A stretch of DNA of 64,000 nt from Nanobdellota archaeon (GCA_014240455.1 JAAZWY010000001.1:87924-151923); one strand, 5' to 3'. Shown: positions 27,481 to 37,026, numbered from the stretch's first letter. Made by a program: numbers and translations. The notes: a model not told the origin generated them from the letters alone.

Positions 27481-28677
27481 TTAGAGCTTGCGGTTTAGAG
27501 CATCTAGCGTCTTGTAAACTTCCTTCTTGTCTACTGTTTTATCTCGTTTGGTTGGACCCATTTCGTAGAAGAATTTCAACAGAGATTTTGCTTTAATTCC
27601 TCGTTTCCGTATTGATGCCAGAGTTTCTACTCTTTCATCATCATAACCGGTGTACTTTCCTTCCTCAACACCTTTTCTAACATCAGATGCAGAAATAATC
27701 ATATTCTTGAAATTGATTCTTCCCAAGTGGATGTACTCAGGATAAGTCCATCCTAAGAAGTCGTAAATCATTTTTTGCTTTTTAGTATTATCTTCATGAT
27801 CTTTTCCTCTAATTACATGAGTCATTTTTAGATCATAGTCATCGATTGCCACTGAGAAGTTCATAAGAGGCCATACTCTTACTTTATTTCCAACTTTTGG
27901 ATGTTTTCCTCCTGAAATTCTGAATGCTACCCACTCTTTTAGCGCAGGATTTTTACCCTTTAAATTTGTTTTAACTCTGACGACTGCTTCACCAGGATTA
28001 TATTTTCCAGTGAGCATTCTTTTCCACTTTCGCAATACTTCCTTAAGATCATCTCTTCGACCGAACGGTTGAATTCCCTTTTTCAATTTTGCTTTAACTT
28101 CTTCAGGAGTTTCTTCGCAGACGTATAAATGTCCCATTTTTATTAATTGTTCAGCGTATTTGTAGTAAGTTTTAATTCGAGCAGATTGAATGTAAGTCTC
28201 GCTAGGTTTTCCTGCCAACCAAGTGTAATCTTTTGGAATCATTTTGTAGAATTCTTTGAAGTTTGCGTCAGGATTTGTGTCTTCGATTCTTAGGATGTGT
28301 TTTCCTTTGTATTTGTCAGCGTAGATTTTATTAAGTGAGATAACCAAAGCGTGACCGATGTGTAAAGGTCCAGATGCAGAAGGAGCAAAACGTGCTCGGA
28401 AATTCTTGCCAACATTTGGAAGATCAATTAGTTCTTTTTTTACTTTGACCTTTTTATTGAAAAACGAGGGATTGATTTTTTTGAGTTGAGCTTTTTGCTT
28501 TGAAAGTGAGAGTTTGTTTACTTTTTTGATAGTATCCGAAACTTCTTTTCCAATTGCCCTTAGTTTTGATTTGTCTTTGACTGTAGGGATTATTTTATTC
28601 ATAACTGCTTTAGGATTAGCTTTGCCTTTGAAAGCTACTGCGTTTTCTAAAGTAAGTTGTAGAATCTTTTTCTTCAT
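27481..28677 (-). CDS. gltX: Glutamyl-tRNA synthetase, archaeal type, catalytic core only (398 aa; anticodon-binding domains absent)
   Basis: Archaeal-type N-terminal NAVAFKGKANPKAVM, HIGH motif (GPLHIGHA), RIEDTNP; ends at ...YKTLDALNRKL where homologs continue into C-terminal domains. Confidence 0.7.
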   Translation of the reverse strand: MKKKILQLTLENAVAFKGKANPKAVMNKIIPTVKDKSKLRAIGKEVSDTIKKVNKLSLSKQKAQLKKINPSFFNKKVKVKKELIDLPNVGKNFRARFAPSASGPLHIGHALVISLNKIYADKYKGKHILRIEDTNPDANFKEFYKMIPKDYTWLAGKPSETYIQSARIKTYYKYAEQLIKMGHLYVCEETPEEVKAKLKKGIQPFGRRDDLKEVLRKWKRMLTGKYNPGEAVVRVKTNLKGKNPALKEWVAFRISGGKHPKVGNKVRVWPLMNFSVAIDDYDLKMTHVIRGKDHEDNTKKQKMIYDFLGWTYPEYIHLGRINFKNMIISASDVRKGVEEGKYTGYDDERVETLASIRKRGIKAKSLLKFFYEMGPTKRDKTVDKKEVYKTLDALNRKL

Positions 28678-28706
28678 AGCTAGAATAGATTGCCGAAATT
28701 TAAAAG

Positions 28707-29099
28707 CTATGCGAATTTAATCCAAGCTAGAATTAGAAGCAGACTATTTACAAGATATATGCTTGTACAAACTAAACAGAAGTTTTTGAGTTTGAAATAT
28801 GAAATATATGCCAGATAAATTGTTGTAAGCATTCCGAATGCTGCTAAGTATAGAATCCAGGGTGCGTAAAAAGTTAAGTATAGAATAAATATTGTTGAGT
28901 AAAATCCAATTCCCAGAATTGAATTATTTATCCCTAACGTTCTCGAATATTTACTTTCAAATGCTGCTGAGCAAGAGATTTTTTTATTTATGTCACAAAC
29001 GGGAGAATAATCTTCTTGCGCCACTAATTTTCTTTCAACATACAAGGAGTAAACAGATAGAATTAATCCTAAAATTGCTAAGATTTGAATGTAAATCAT
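28707..29099 (-). CDS. Vitamin K epoxide reductase (VKOR) family membrane protein
   Basis: Loop cysteines C..... CSAAFESKYS and TM CxxC (CLVC); 4 TM. Confidence 0.65.
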   Translation of the reverse strand: MIYIQILAILGLILSVYSLYVERKLVAQEDYSPVCDINKKISCSAAFESKYSRTLGINNSILGIGFYSTIFILYLTFYAPWILYLAAFGMLTTIYLAYISYFKLKNFCLVCTSIYLVNSLLLILAWIKFA

Positions 29100-30106
29100 T
29101 TTGGATATGCTTTCTTGATTATAGATTGCTTGTTCTTGAAATGCTTTTGAACAACAGCGATGAATTTGATTAACTCATCAGATACTCCAGATTTTAAATC
29201 AGCTGGATGAATTTTCTTGGTCTTGAAATCCTTCTCCAGTTGTTCATATGAATTGTATTCAACAGTTCCACCATATTGATCTGGACGAACTATTTTGAAA
29301 GTTTCTCTGACTGGAAAGATTACGTATTTTGCCATTGCTAAAACTCCATTATCTTCAACAACGCCTTCAGGACAATAAGCTTTGTTCATTTTCTTTCTTA
29401 TTTGTTTTTCTGTGTCTTCAAAAGTTATTGCTGAACTTGTATCTGATGCAGACATTTTTTTACCTTTAAATAATCCCGGAATTATTGGAGTGAAAACACA
29501 GGTTGGTTTTTTGTGTCCTAGCTTTGGAACTTCTTCTCTAGCTAGCATGTAGATTTTTCTTTGATCTATTCCTGAGAAAGCAACATCTGCTCCAATATGA
29601 TGAACGTCAATTGCTTGCATTAAAGCATAGTTGAATGAACCTAAATCCGGATTGCTAACTTGTCTAACTACTTCAGAACTTGCTCTTTTTGCGCGAGTTA
29701 GATTAACCATTCCCATCATTTTGTATAAATCCATTACATATTCTTTTTTCATTTGAAAGTTTGAACCTAGAACGAATTTTACTTTTCGAGAATCTGCTCC
29801 GACTGACTTTAACATTGCAGTAATTACTTCTTTGTAATATGTTGATCTTGCAAGAGTCAACTCCCATGGAGATTTTCTATCATCTAAATAAGCATGAATG
29901 TTTGCCAGGAGAAATCTAACTTCAAATCCGGCATCTATGAAATCTTTTAGTTTACTTGCGAGAATTAAATAAGCGACATGTACTTTTCCTGTGGGAGCTG
30001 CGCCAATATACACTACTGGTTTTTTCTTAGAGCGTAATAGTTTTTCCAACTCATCTTGTTTAATTACTTCTTGAGTATTTCTCAGAATTAAGTCGAGCTT
30101 TTTCAT
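29096..30106 (-). CDS. tyrS: Tyrosine--tRNA ligase (archaeal type)
   Basis: Near-collinear with M. jannaschii TyrRS pattern: YIG.APTGK.H..Y......L.DAGF......A.IHAYL, GKKMSAS, AYCP.GVVE.N. Confidence 0.85.
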   Translation of the reverse strand: MKKLDLILRNTQEVIKQDELEKLLRSKKKPVVYIGAAPTGKVHVAYLILASKLKDFIDAGFEVRFLLANIHAYLDDRKSPWELTLARSTYYKEVITAMLKSVGADSRKVKFVLGSNFQMKKEYVMDLYKMMGMVNLTRAKRASSEVVRQVSNPDLGSFNYALMQAIDVHHIGADVAFSGIDQRKIYMLAREEVPKLGHKKPTCVFTPIIPGLFKGKKMSASDTSSAITFEDTEKQIRKKMNKAYCPEGVVEDNGVLAMAKYVIFPVRETFKIVRPDQYGGTVEYNSYEQLEKDFKTKKIHPADLKSGVSDELIKFIAVVQKHFKNKQSIIKKAYPK

Positions 30107-30201
30107 AGAAGTAAATAGTGACTCACTTTTAAAATGATTTTGGGTAACTTCCCAAAAGTCCTATTTTCTTTATAAACAGACATAATCTTTATATAGCTCT
30201 T

Positions 30202-30399
30202 ATGCCTTTTCACAGCATGGCAAAAGATAAGCTTAATTACTGGGCACAGGTTTTGCTGATTTTAGGTGGTTTAAACATTGGACTAGCTGAACTAGGTTGG
30301 GGATTCTTCGGATTCCTAGGCGGTTTGGAAATGGTCGTAAACTATCTTGTGGGACTATCCGCACTTTACCTTGGATATGGCCTATTAACAAGCAAGTAA
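30202..30399 (+). CDS. DUF378 (COG2155) small membrane protein
   Basis: ILGGLNIGLAELGWGFFGF...LVGLSALY matches DUF378 pattern. Confidence 0.65.
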   Translation: MPFHSMAKDKLNYWAQVLLILGGLNIGLAELGWGFFGFLGGLEMVVNYLVGLSALYLGYGLLTSK

Positions 30400-30484
30400 G
30401 TAACCTGTGTGGGGGGTTACGAAATGCCTAACTCCCCTTAATTTTCAGAGATATTTCTAATATAAATTAACAGTATTTGTAAAA

Positions 30485-31678
30485 TTATTCATGTCTTAAT
30501 GCATCTACGGGATTCATTTTAGAAGCGCTTCTTGCCGGAAGAATTCCAGAGATTATTCCTGCAACTGCTGAAAATAGCAATGCTCCACCAATTACTTTAG
30601 GATCTATTAAAATCAAGAAAGGTAATCCTGGTGAAAAGAACTCTATTGCAAGCTTTGCTCCAATGGCCATAATTATACCTACTATACAACCAATTATACC
30701 ACCTACAATTCCAAAGAATGCTGATTCTATTAGGAAGATGGTTAAAATTGCGCGGTTAGTTGCACCAATAGACTTCATGATACCAATTTCCTTAGTTCTT
30801 TCCATGACTGACATATACATTGTGTTTGCAATCCCTACTGCTCCGACAAGTAAGGCAATTGATGCAATCCCTACAATTACATATTGAATTATTCCAAGAA
30901 TATTATTTATTTGCTCTAGGATTGCAGTGGAAGTACTCATTATGAAATTTTTATCACCTCGATAATCTTCATATTCCTCTTCAAGTTCCTTTACAAATTC
31001 TTCAATATTTACTCCGTCTTTCACTATCATTTGAGCACCCGTAACTTTTCCTGGAGGTGCAAAGACCTTTCTTGCATCTTCAATAGCCATAGCAATTGAA
31101 GTATCATCAGCATCATTCCCCACACGCTCATATATTCCTACAACTTTGAAAGTCTTACCACTTACTTTAATTCTACTTTTAAGATCAACTTTCTTTTCAA
31201 AATAATCTTGATTTAATTTCCAACCTATAACTATAGCACCCGTTTCACCTTTTTGCAAATTCCGACCTTTCTCAACTTCGAAATTGGTACGTCCCAGGAA
31301 TTCACCCCAAAGTTCAGTGTCAATTGCATAAACAATTGGATATTTTTTCTCATCTTTATATTCAACTTCTTGTGTATCATATACATAAGGTATAACTATA
31401 TCCACCTCTCCGAAAGATTCAAAGAATCTTATATCTTTATTTTCCAAACCGTATTCTCCAGGAGTTGGTCTTGAGAAAGTTGCACCACCTTGAACCAGTA
31501 TTACGTCAGTTCCAAATTCTTCAAATGCGGCATTGACTGCGTTTTCTGTTCCTTGTGCAACAAGAGTAAGAGAAACAATTGCAGAAATTCCAATAATTAT
31601 CCCAATTACAGTAAGCCAGCTTCTAAGTTTTCGACGTCTTAAATTATTGAATGCAACTAGAAAATAATCACGCAACAT
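30485..31678 (-). CDS. ABC transporter permease, MacB/FtsX-like
   Basis: N-terminal TM, large periplasmic loop, C-terminal 3-TM FtsX-like region. Confidence 0.75.
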   Translation of the reverse strand: MLRDYFLVAFNNLRRRKLRSWLTVIGIIIGISAIVSLTLVAQGTENAVNAAFEEFGTDVILVQGGATFSRPTPGEYGLENKDIRFFESFGEVDIVIPYVYDTQEVEYKDEKKYPIVYAIDTELWGEFLGRTNFEVEKGRNLQKGETGAIVIGWKLNQDYFEKKVDLKSRIKVSGKTFKVVGIYERVGNDADDTSIAMAIEDARKVFAPPGKVTGAQMIVKDGVNIEEFVKELEEEYEDYRGDKNFIMSTSTAILEQINNILGIIQYVIVGIASIALLVGAVGIANTMYMSVMERTKEIGIMKSIGATNRAILTIFLIESAFFGIVGGIIGCIVGIIMAIGAKLAIEFFSPGLPFLILIDPKVIGGALLFSAVAGIISGILPARSASKMNPVDALRHE

Positions 31679-32588
31679 TTCTTCTTTTTCTTCTCCTCAG
31701 TTTTCTATAACCAAAGAAACTTAAGAGCAATAGTAGAAGAATATAGAAAGAAGATGAGCTCTTTTCCATTAGACCAATTCTTTTAGCATCGCTTTCCGTA
31801 AATACGTTGAAAGTTACTTCTTCAGCAGAATTGTAGTTTTTGTAGTTGCTATCTGAATACTCAATTTTTAATTTGATTGGGACTTCTTTGGAGTCACTTA
31901 TATCCGGGTTTATATAAATTTGATAAGTTTCTCTTTCGAAATCATCAGTTTCTAGTTCTCCTAAATATTTTCTTGGTACAGAAATGACATTATAATCTTC
32001 AGTATCAAGAACCTCAATGGTTAAGAATTGTATTCCAATCTTTCCTTTATTTACTGCAGTAATTATAAGTTTTCCAAGTGCACCAGGAGTAAATAGATCA
32101 TAATCATCAATCCCGATTTCAAGAATAGGTTTACCGCCCGTATTTACAGTTATTGAAGATTTAACTGTTTTAACACTATTTTCACAGAATTCATCTTGGC
32201 AGAATTTTAACTCTAACGGATAATCACTTCCCAGTGCTTGATCATCAACTAAAAGCCGGTATTCAAGAATCTTTAAACCACCAGGTTGTAAGGATTTTAT
32301 ATATTCAACACCAGTATCCTTTCCAGTCAAATAAAAAGGATATTCTGGATTAAGCTTCAGATATGCATTCTTAATTTCTGAATTACCATAATTCTGAACC
32401 GTAATCCAAATATCTACATATTTTCCCGGTTCGGCAGGAAGAGGGTCATAGTTTGAGCGTTCAATAGTAATATCTTTTCCATCAACCATTGGAATTGAAT
32501 AAGTTTTAGTTGTTTCTTCTATAACTTCAATTGCAGAAACTAAAGGAAGTAGTGTAATTATCAGTAAAATTGAAATAAACTTTCTCAT
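31668..32588 (-). CDS. Secreted protein with signal peptide, C-terminal TM and RRRKRRN tail; COG1361-like ABC-associated surface component
   Basis: Sits between ABC ATPase and permease genes; signal peptide MRKFISILLIITLLPLVSA. Confidence 0.5.
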   Translation of the reverse strand: MRKFISILLIITLLPLVSAIEVIEETTKTYSIPMVDGKDITIERSNYDPLPAEPGKYVDIWITVQNYGNSEIKNAYLKLNPEYPFYLTGKDTGVEYIKSLQPGGLKILEYRLLVDDQALGSDYPLELKFCQDEFCENSVKTVKSSITVNTGGKPILEIGIDDYDLFTPGALGKLIITAVNKGKIGIQFLTIEVLDTEDYNVISVPRKYLGELETDDFERETYQIYINPDISDSKEVPIKLKIEYSDSNYKNYNSAEEVTFNVFTESDAKRIGLMEKSSSSFYILLLLLLSFFGYRKLRRRKRRNVA

Positions 32589-33271
32589 TATACCAATTCT
32601 CCATCTACAATCTTATAAACTTTTTCACTTTTAGTGATATTAACTAAGTCTCGATCATGAGTTACAATAATCACTGTTTTTCCTTCTTTTTTGTAAATAT
32701 TTAACAACAGATCCATTATTTTTTTACCTGTGGATTGGTCCAGATTTCCCGTTGGTTCATCAGCAATAATTACTTCAGGATTATTTGCAAGTGCTCTGGC
32801 AATTGCAACTCGCTGGTTTTCGCCACCTGAAAGTTCGCCCGGAAGATGCGTCATTCTAGATTTTAATCCTACTTTTGTTAGAATATTTATTGCTCGTTTT
32901 TGTTTTTCCCCAGCAGACATGTTTTGAAAAGTGAGTGGAAGCATTACATTTTCCAATGCAGTCATTGATTGAATTAAATGAAATGATTGAAAAACAAATC
33001 CGATCTTCTGCCCGCGAATTTGAGCGAGTTCGCTTTCATCTAACTGAGCTATATTTTGCCCGTCGAGTTTTATTGTACCTTTACTGGGGTAATCCAAAGA
33101 ACCTATTAGATTCAGAAGTGTTGATTTTCCAGAACCGCTTGGTCCGATAATTACTACAAATTCATTTTTATTGATTGTTAGATTTATGTTTTTGTTTGCG
33201 TGAATTGCAGCTCTTCCTCTTCCGTAGATTTTAGAAACGTTTTCGAGTTGAATTACTGGTGTTTTTGTCAT
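32588..33271 (-). CDS. ABC transporter ATP-binding protein (MacB/LolD-like)
   Basis: Walker A GPSGSGKST, signature LSGGENQR, Walker B IIADEPTGNLD. Confidence 0.9.
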   Translation of the reverse strand: MTKTPVIQLENVSKIYGRGRAAIHANKNINLTINKNEFVVIIGPSGSGKSTLLNLIGSLDYPSKGTIKLDGQNIAQLDESELAQIRGQKIGFVFQSFHLIQSMTALENVMLPLTFQNMSAGEKQKRAINILTKVGLKSRMTHLPGELSGGENQRVAIARALANNPEVIIADEPTGNLDQSTGKKIMDLLLNIYKKEGKTVIIVTHDRDLVNITKSEKVYKIVDGELV

Positions 33272-33300
33272 ATTACTATTTGTTCTAAGAACTTAAAAAT

Positions 33301-33831
33301 TTATTTGAATTCTTTATCATACAATTTTATTGAATCATTAATTACTCTCTTTGCTAGTTTTGCGTTTCCCCATTTTCCTAGCTGAACTTCTCCCTTTCTC
33401 AAATCCTTGTATCTATCAAAGAAATGATAAATTTCATCTAAGAATGCTTTTGGTACGTCTTTTAGATCTTTAATTTGATCAAATCTAGGATCGTGTGCTG
33501 GAACTGCAAGGATTTTTTCATCAGATTCACCGCTGTCAACCATATCTAGAACTCCAACAGGTCTTGCCTTTACAAGAACTCCCGGATGGATTGGTGAGTG
33601 AGTTAAAATTATTACATCAAGCGGATCTTTGTCATCACAAAGAGTCATTGGAATAAATCCATAGTTTCCAGGATAAGCCATAGAAACTTCTAGAACTCTG
33701 TCAAGCATAATTAATCCTGTTTCTTTGTCAAGTTCGTATTTATCTCTGCTTCCGGCAGGAATTTCAACAATTACATTGATTTCATTAGGAGCATCCTTTC
33801 CATAACTGATATCGTGCCACATGTTAGTCAT
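33301..33831 (-). CDS. ppa: Inorganic pyrophosphatase
   Basis: IVEIPAGSRDKYELDKETG...DPLDV motif. Confidence 0.9.
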   Translation of the reverse strand: MTNMWHDISYGKDAPNEINVIVEIPAGSRDKYELDKETGLIMLDRVLEVSMAYPGNYGFIPMTLCDDKDPLDVIILTHSPIHPGVLVKARPVGVLDMVDSGESDEKILAVPAHDPRFDQIKDLKDVPKAFLDEIYHFFDRYKDLRKGEVQLGKWGNAKLAKRVINDSIKLYDKEFK

Positions 33832-33925
33832 GGTACTTAGATTATAATCAAAATTAAAAAGGTTGTGATGGAAATCGCAGATTCTTATTCAAAAGGCTTT
33901 TAAATCGAAATTTGAGAGAATTACT

Positions 33926-34714
33926 ATGAGAATAATCAATAATCCAGATAATAGCGATTATGAAGTACTAAATCGAATCCTTGTTCCAGTAGGGATCGCA
34001 TCAAAAGCTCAGGATTTTCTAAGTGAAACAACTGGAAATTATGGTTCTTGGAGATATGAGCAAATTCTTAAAGAACGTACACAAGATTTCAAGGCATTTA
34101 GAGTATATCCTTCAGATTCCTCACCTCAAGAGGGTGCATGGATGATTAAGATTCCACGAGACAATGATTTATGGAGAAGTACTTTAGACAGTAGAGTTAA
34201 AGCACAATACCTTGAATATGAAGAAGGACATTCAACTTCAGATTTTGATAATATATTAGATTATGTTAAGGTTGTTAATGAAAGAATTCCTGAAGAACCA
34301 ATGGTAGGAATTTCTAGAGTTGAACATATTGATGAAGATTTTCTTATTACAAAATATGCACCAGGAGAAGCATATGGTGATCTAAATAATGTGAGATTTG
34401 ATTCATTGAAACATTTAGCTTGGACGCTTGGAAGATTGAATGAATCAGGAATTTTTCTGGCAGATTTTCATAATGAAAATTTTGTAATCGATGCAAATAA
34501 AGCATATATTATTGATCAAGGTGCTTTAGCAGTTGTTGAAGGAATGAAATTAGAAGATCATGAAACAACCAATATGAGAGATTTATGGAAAGTAATTTCT
34601 AATTGTGACACTCATCTTAGCGAACAAGGAGTGGAACATACTATTTATGAAGTAGAACGATGTTTCAAAAATGGATTTAATGGTAAACCTTATTTGGAAG
34701 ATTTTGAACTTTAA
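33926..34714 (+). CDS. Atypical protein-kinase-like fold protein (RIO/Kdo-kinase-like catalytic loop)
   Basis: WMIKIP (beta3 Lys), ADFHNENFVID catalytic-loop-like, IIDQG in place of DFG. Confidence 0.4.
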   Translation: MRIINNPDNSDYEVLNRILVPVGIASKAQDFLSETTGNYGSWRYEQILKERTQDFKAFRVYPSDSSPQEGAWMIKIPRDNDLWRSTLDSRVKAQYLEYEEGHSTSDFDNILDYVKVVNERIPEEPMVGISRVEHIDEDFLITKYAPGEAYGDLNNVRFDSLKHLAWTLGRLNESGIFLADFHNENFVIDANKAYIIDQGALAVVEGMKLEDHETTNMRDLWKVISNCDTHLSEQGVEHTIYEVERCFKNGFNGKPYLEDFEL

Positions 34715-34965
34715 TCAATTCTAATTTTAGTCTTTTTGACTATAAATTGAGATTTTTTTAGACCTTCTTCTTCAATAACACTGTTTATTTCCTGCTGTAC
34801 GACTGGAAGTTCTGCTGCTGCTTGAATGCTGTCTTTACCTGCTTCATTTACTTGTCCAACATTTCGATTGGCTGCTAATTTTTCCATAAGAAGAGTCCTA
34901 ACTTCAGGTTGAATTTTTTTGCTGGCCTGGATTTTTATCTCGACGCCAGGTATATATTTTATCAT
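34711..34965 (-). CDS. Hypothetical protein
   Basis: ORF only. Confidence 0.35.
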   Translation of the reverse strand: MIKYIPGVEIKIQASKKIQPEVRTLLMEKLAANRNVGQVNEAGKDSIQAAAELPVVQQEINSVIEEEGLKKSQFIVKKTKIRID

Positions 34966-34999
34966 ATGTTTTAAAAAAATTGAGGATATATAATATTTT

Positions 35000-35425
35000 C
35001 TAATCTTTCAACGCATTGATATTCTCTGTACAGTATTTTGTTATTAAAGCTCTTTCAACATAAAACGCGGCTCGTTCAAGCTCGTTTTCGAAATCTAATC
35101 CGCCTAAGAACTCATTTTGATGTTTTTCAAATCCTGCCAAGAAATTGTCATAACTTTGTTCAGTTAGCAATTCTTCATCCTTTAGCTGATTTACTAATTC
35201 GTAGAACTTTTCAGTATCGTGATCCAATCTACAATTTGCAGAATATAAGAATCCAAAATTGAAATATATGTTATCTTTTTCTTTACTTTCAAAATGATTA
35301 TCAATTTCAGACAAATAAAGTTCTAGCTCTTTTTCTACAACTTCAAGTATTTTTCTGTCTTGTTCATATAGTTTCTCAAGATCATCTATGAGAAAGATGT
35401 CTCTAACTTCTTTTAAAGTTAACAT
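35000..35425 (-). CDS. Hypothetical acidic protein
   Basis: ORF only. Confidence 0.4.
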   Translation of the reverse strand: MLTLKEVRDIFLIDDLEKLYEQDRKILEVVEKELELYLSEIDNHFESKEKDNIYFNFGFLYSANCRLDHDTEKFYELVNQLKDEELLTEQSYDNFLAGFEKHQNEFLGGLDFENELERAAFYVERALITKYCTENINALKD

Positions 35426-35462
35426 AGTATTAAGATTTTGGTGGATTTAAAAGTCTAACGTT

Positions 35463-36014
35463 TTAACAAAAACTTTTACCGCAACCGCAAGACTCTTCTG
35501 AGTTTGGATTTGAAATTCTGAATCCACTTTCATTCAAAGTGTCCAAATAATCTATTTTTGCACCCTTTGCAAGTTTTTCAGATTCTTTATTCATTACGAA
35601 AATAATACCTTGTGATTCAATTCGAATGTCAGATTGCTTTTCTTCATCAAAATCTAAATCATATTTGAAACCTGCGCATCCACCAGCGACAACATTAATT
35701 CTCAGAACTGCCGGCTTGTTTTCTTTTTCAGCCATTTCTTTTAATTTTTCAGCAGCCATTGGAGTTGCGTAAAATTCTTTTCCCTCTGGAACTTCAGTAA
35801 TTGCTGCGTTAATATCTTTAACAAGATCATTTATTTTCTTTTCATCAAAACCGTGTCCAAGACATCCACCTTCCAGGGTTTCCCAGAATTGAACTTGACA
35901 TCCGACGCAATGAAGCCCATAAGATAGCATAATTTCTACGGCTTCTGGATGATTCTTAAGAATATCACCGATAGTCATATCTTTTGTTACTATTTGTTTT
36001 GTTTCGGTTTTCAT
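35463..36014 (-). CDS. Fe-S cluster insertion protein: N-terminal DUF1858-like redox domain (CVGC) fused to IscA/HesB domain
   Basis: C-terminal GGCAGFKYDLDF...IDYLD...GFRISNPN...CGCGKSF is IscA signature; start ATG at 36014 overlaps ferredoxin stop (ATGA). Confidence 0.7.
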   Translation of the reverse strand: MKTETKQIVTKDMTIGDILKNHPEAVEIMLSYGLHCVGCQVQFWETLEGGCLGHGFDEKKINDLVKDINAAITEVPEGKEFYATPMAAEKLKEMAEKENKPAVLRINVVAGGCAGFKYDLDFDEEKQSDIRIESQGIIFVMNKESEKLAKGAKIDYLDTLNESGFRISNPNSEESCGCGKSFC

Positions 36015-36256
36015 TTTAGTTTTGTTATTTTGATTGCTTGTACGGGACAAACATTTTGCGATTGAATTGCTGCTTCAACATCAATGAGTTTGTCATTGAG
36101 TTCCACATATTCTCTTCCGTCTTCTTTGACCACTCCTTCAGCAATTATGTGTGCTTTTCCATCTTTTCCCAGTTCCCAAAGTTCAGGATAAACATCGACG
36201 CAAGTAAATGCCCCAATGCAAGTTTCAAGATCGATTTCGATCCGGTAATTGGCCAT
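36011..36256 (-). CDS. Small [4Fe-4S] ferredoxin
   Basis: C.G..C......C...CP pattern, 81 aa. Confidence 0.6.
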   Translation of the reverse strand: MANYRIEIDLETCIGAFTCVDVYPELWELGKDGKAHIIAEGVVKEDGREYVELNDKLIDVEAAIQSQNVCPVQAIKITKLK

Positions 36257-36459
36257 GTATAAAAGTGTTTCAGAGTCTTTTAAGGTTTTTGAAAGGCAAA
36301 ACTATTCTTCATGTTCTGCTGTTTGATCAGGTGTGCCCTTTCTATATGACTTGAGAGTTTTGTTTATCTCCTCCATCAAATCTTTCTTTTTCTTTTTGGG
36401 ATCAGCCATATATTTGTCTATCTGAGAAGATATTAAAACATTGCGAGTTTACTTAGTTT

Positions 36460-36996
36460 ATGAAGAGAATTTCTTTGGCTGAATTGAAGAACTTGTCTGG
36501 AAAAATTTTCATATATCCTACTGACACTATTTATGGAATTGGTTGCGATGCTACAAACAGTAAACTTGTCCGAAAAATTCGTGAGCTGAAGAAGCGAGAG
36601 AACAAGCCCTTTTCAGTTATTGCACCATCTAAGAAATGGATTTATGATAACTGTGTTTTGACTGGCGAAGGTAGATCTTGGATGAAAAAATTACCAGGCC
36701 CTTATACTTTGGTTTTGAAGATGAAAAAGAAATGTGTTTCTGAAGAGGTTGCAAAAGAAAAAATTGGAGTCAGAATTCCTGCGAATGAATTCACAAAAAA
36801 AGTGAGATCTTTTGGAAAACCGTTCGTCACAACTTCAGTAAATATTTCTGGAGAACCTTCGCTGAAAAATCCTAACAAACTTAAGAATTCAATTTCCAAA
36901 GGAGTTGATTATTTAGTTGATGCAGGAACCATTCAGGGAAAACCGAGCATAGTTGTTGATTTGAGTTCTGGAAAAGCAATCATACTTAGGAAGTAG
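36460..36996 (+). CDS. tsaC: L-threonylcarbamoyladenylate synthase TsaC/YrdC (t6A biosynthesis)
   Basis: YPTDTIYGIGCDA...K.RE..KPFSVIAP signature. Confidence 0.8.
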   Translation: MKRISLAELKNLSGKIFIYPTDTIYGIGCDATNSKLVRKIRELKKRENKPFSVIAPSKKWIYDNCVLTGEGRSWMKKLPGPYTLVLKMKKKCVSEEVAKEKIGVRIPANEFTKKVRSFGKPFVTTSVNISGEPSLKNPNKLKNSISKGVDYLVDAGTIQGKPSIVVDLSSGKAIILRK

Positions 36997-37026
36997 ATTT
37001 ATATATTTGGAATTTGTTGAATTATT

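Noticed and set aside
30401-30421. Hairpin gtaacc-tgtgtgggg-ggttac after the DUF378 gene
   Set aside because: Plausible terminator-like stem but isolated with no T-tract; too weak to call a feature.
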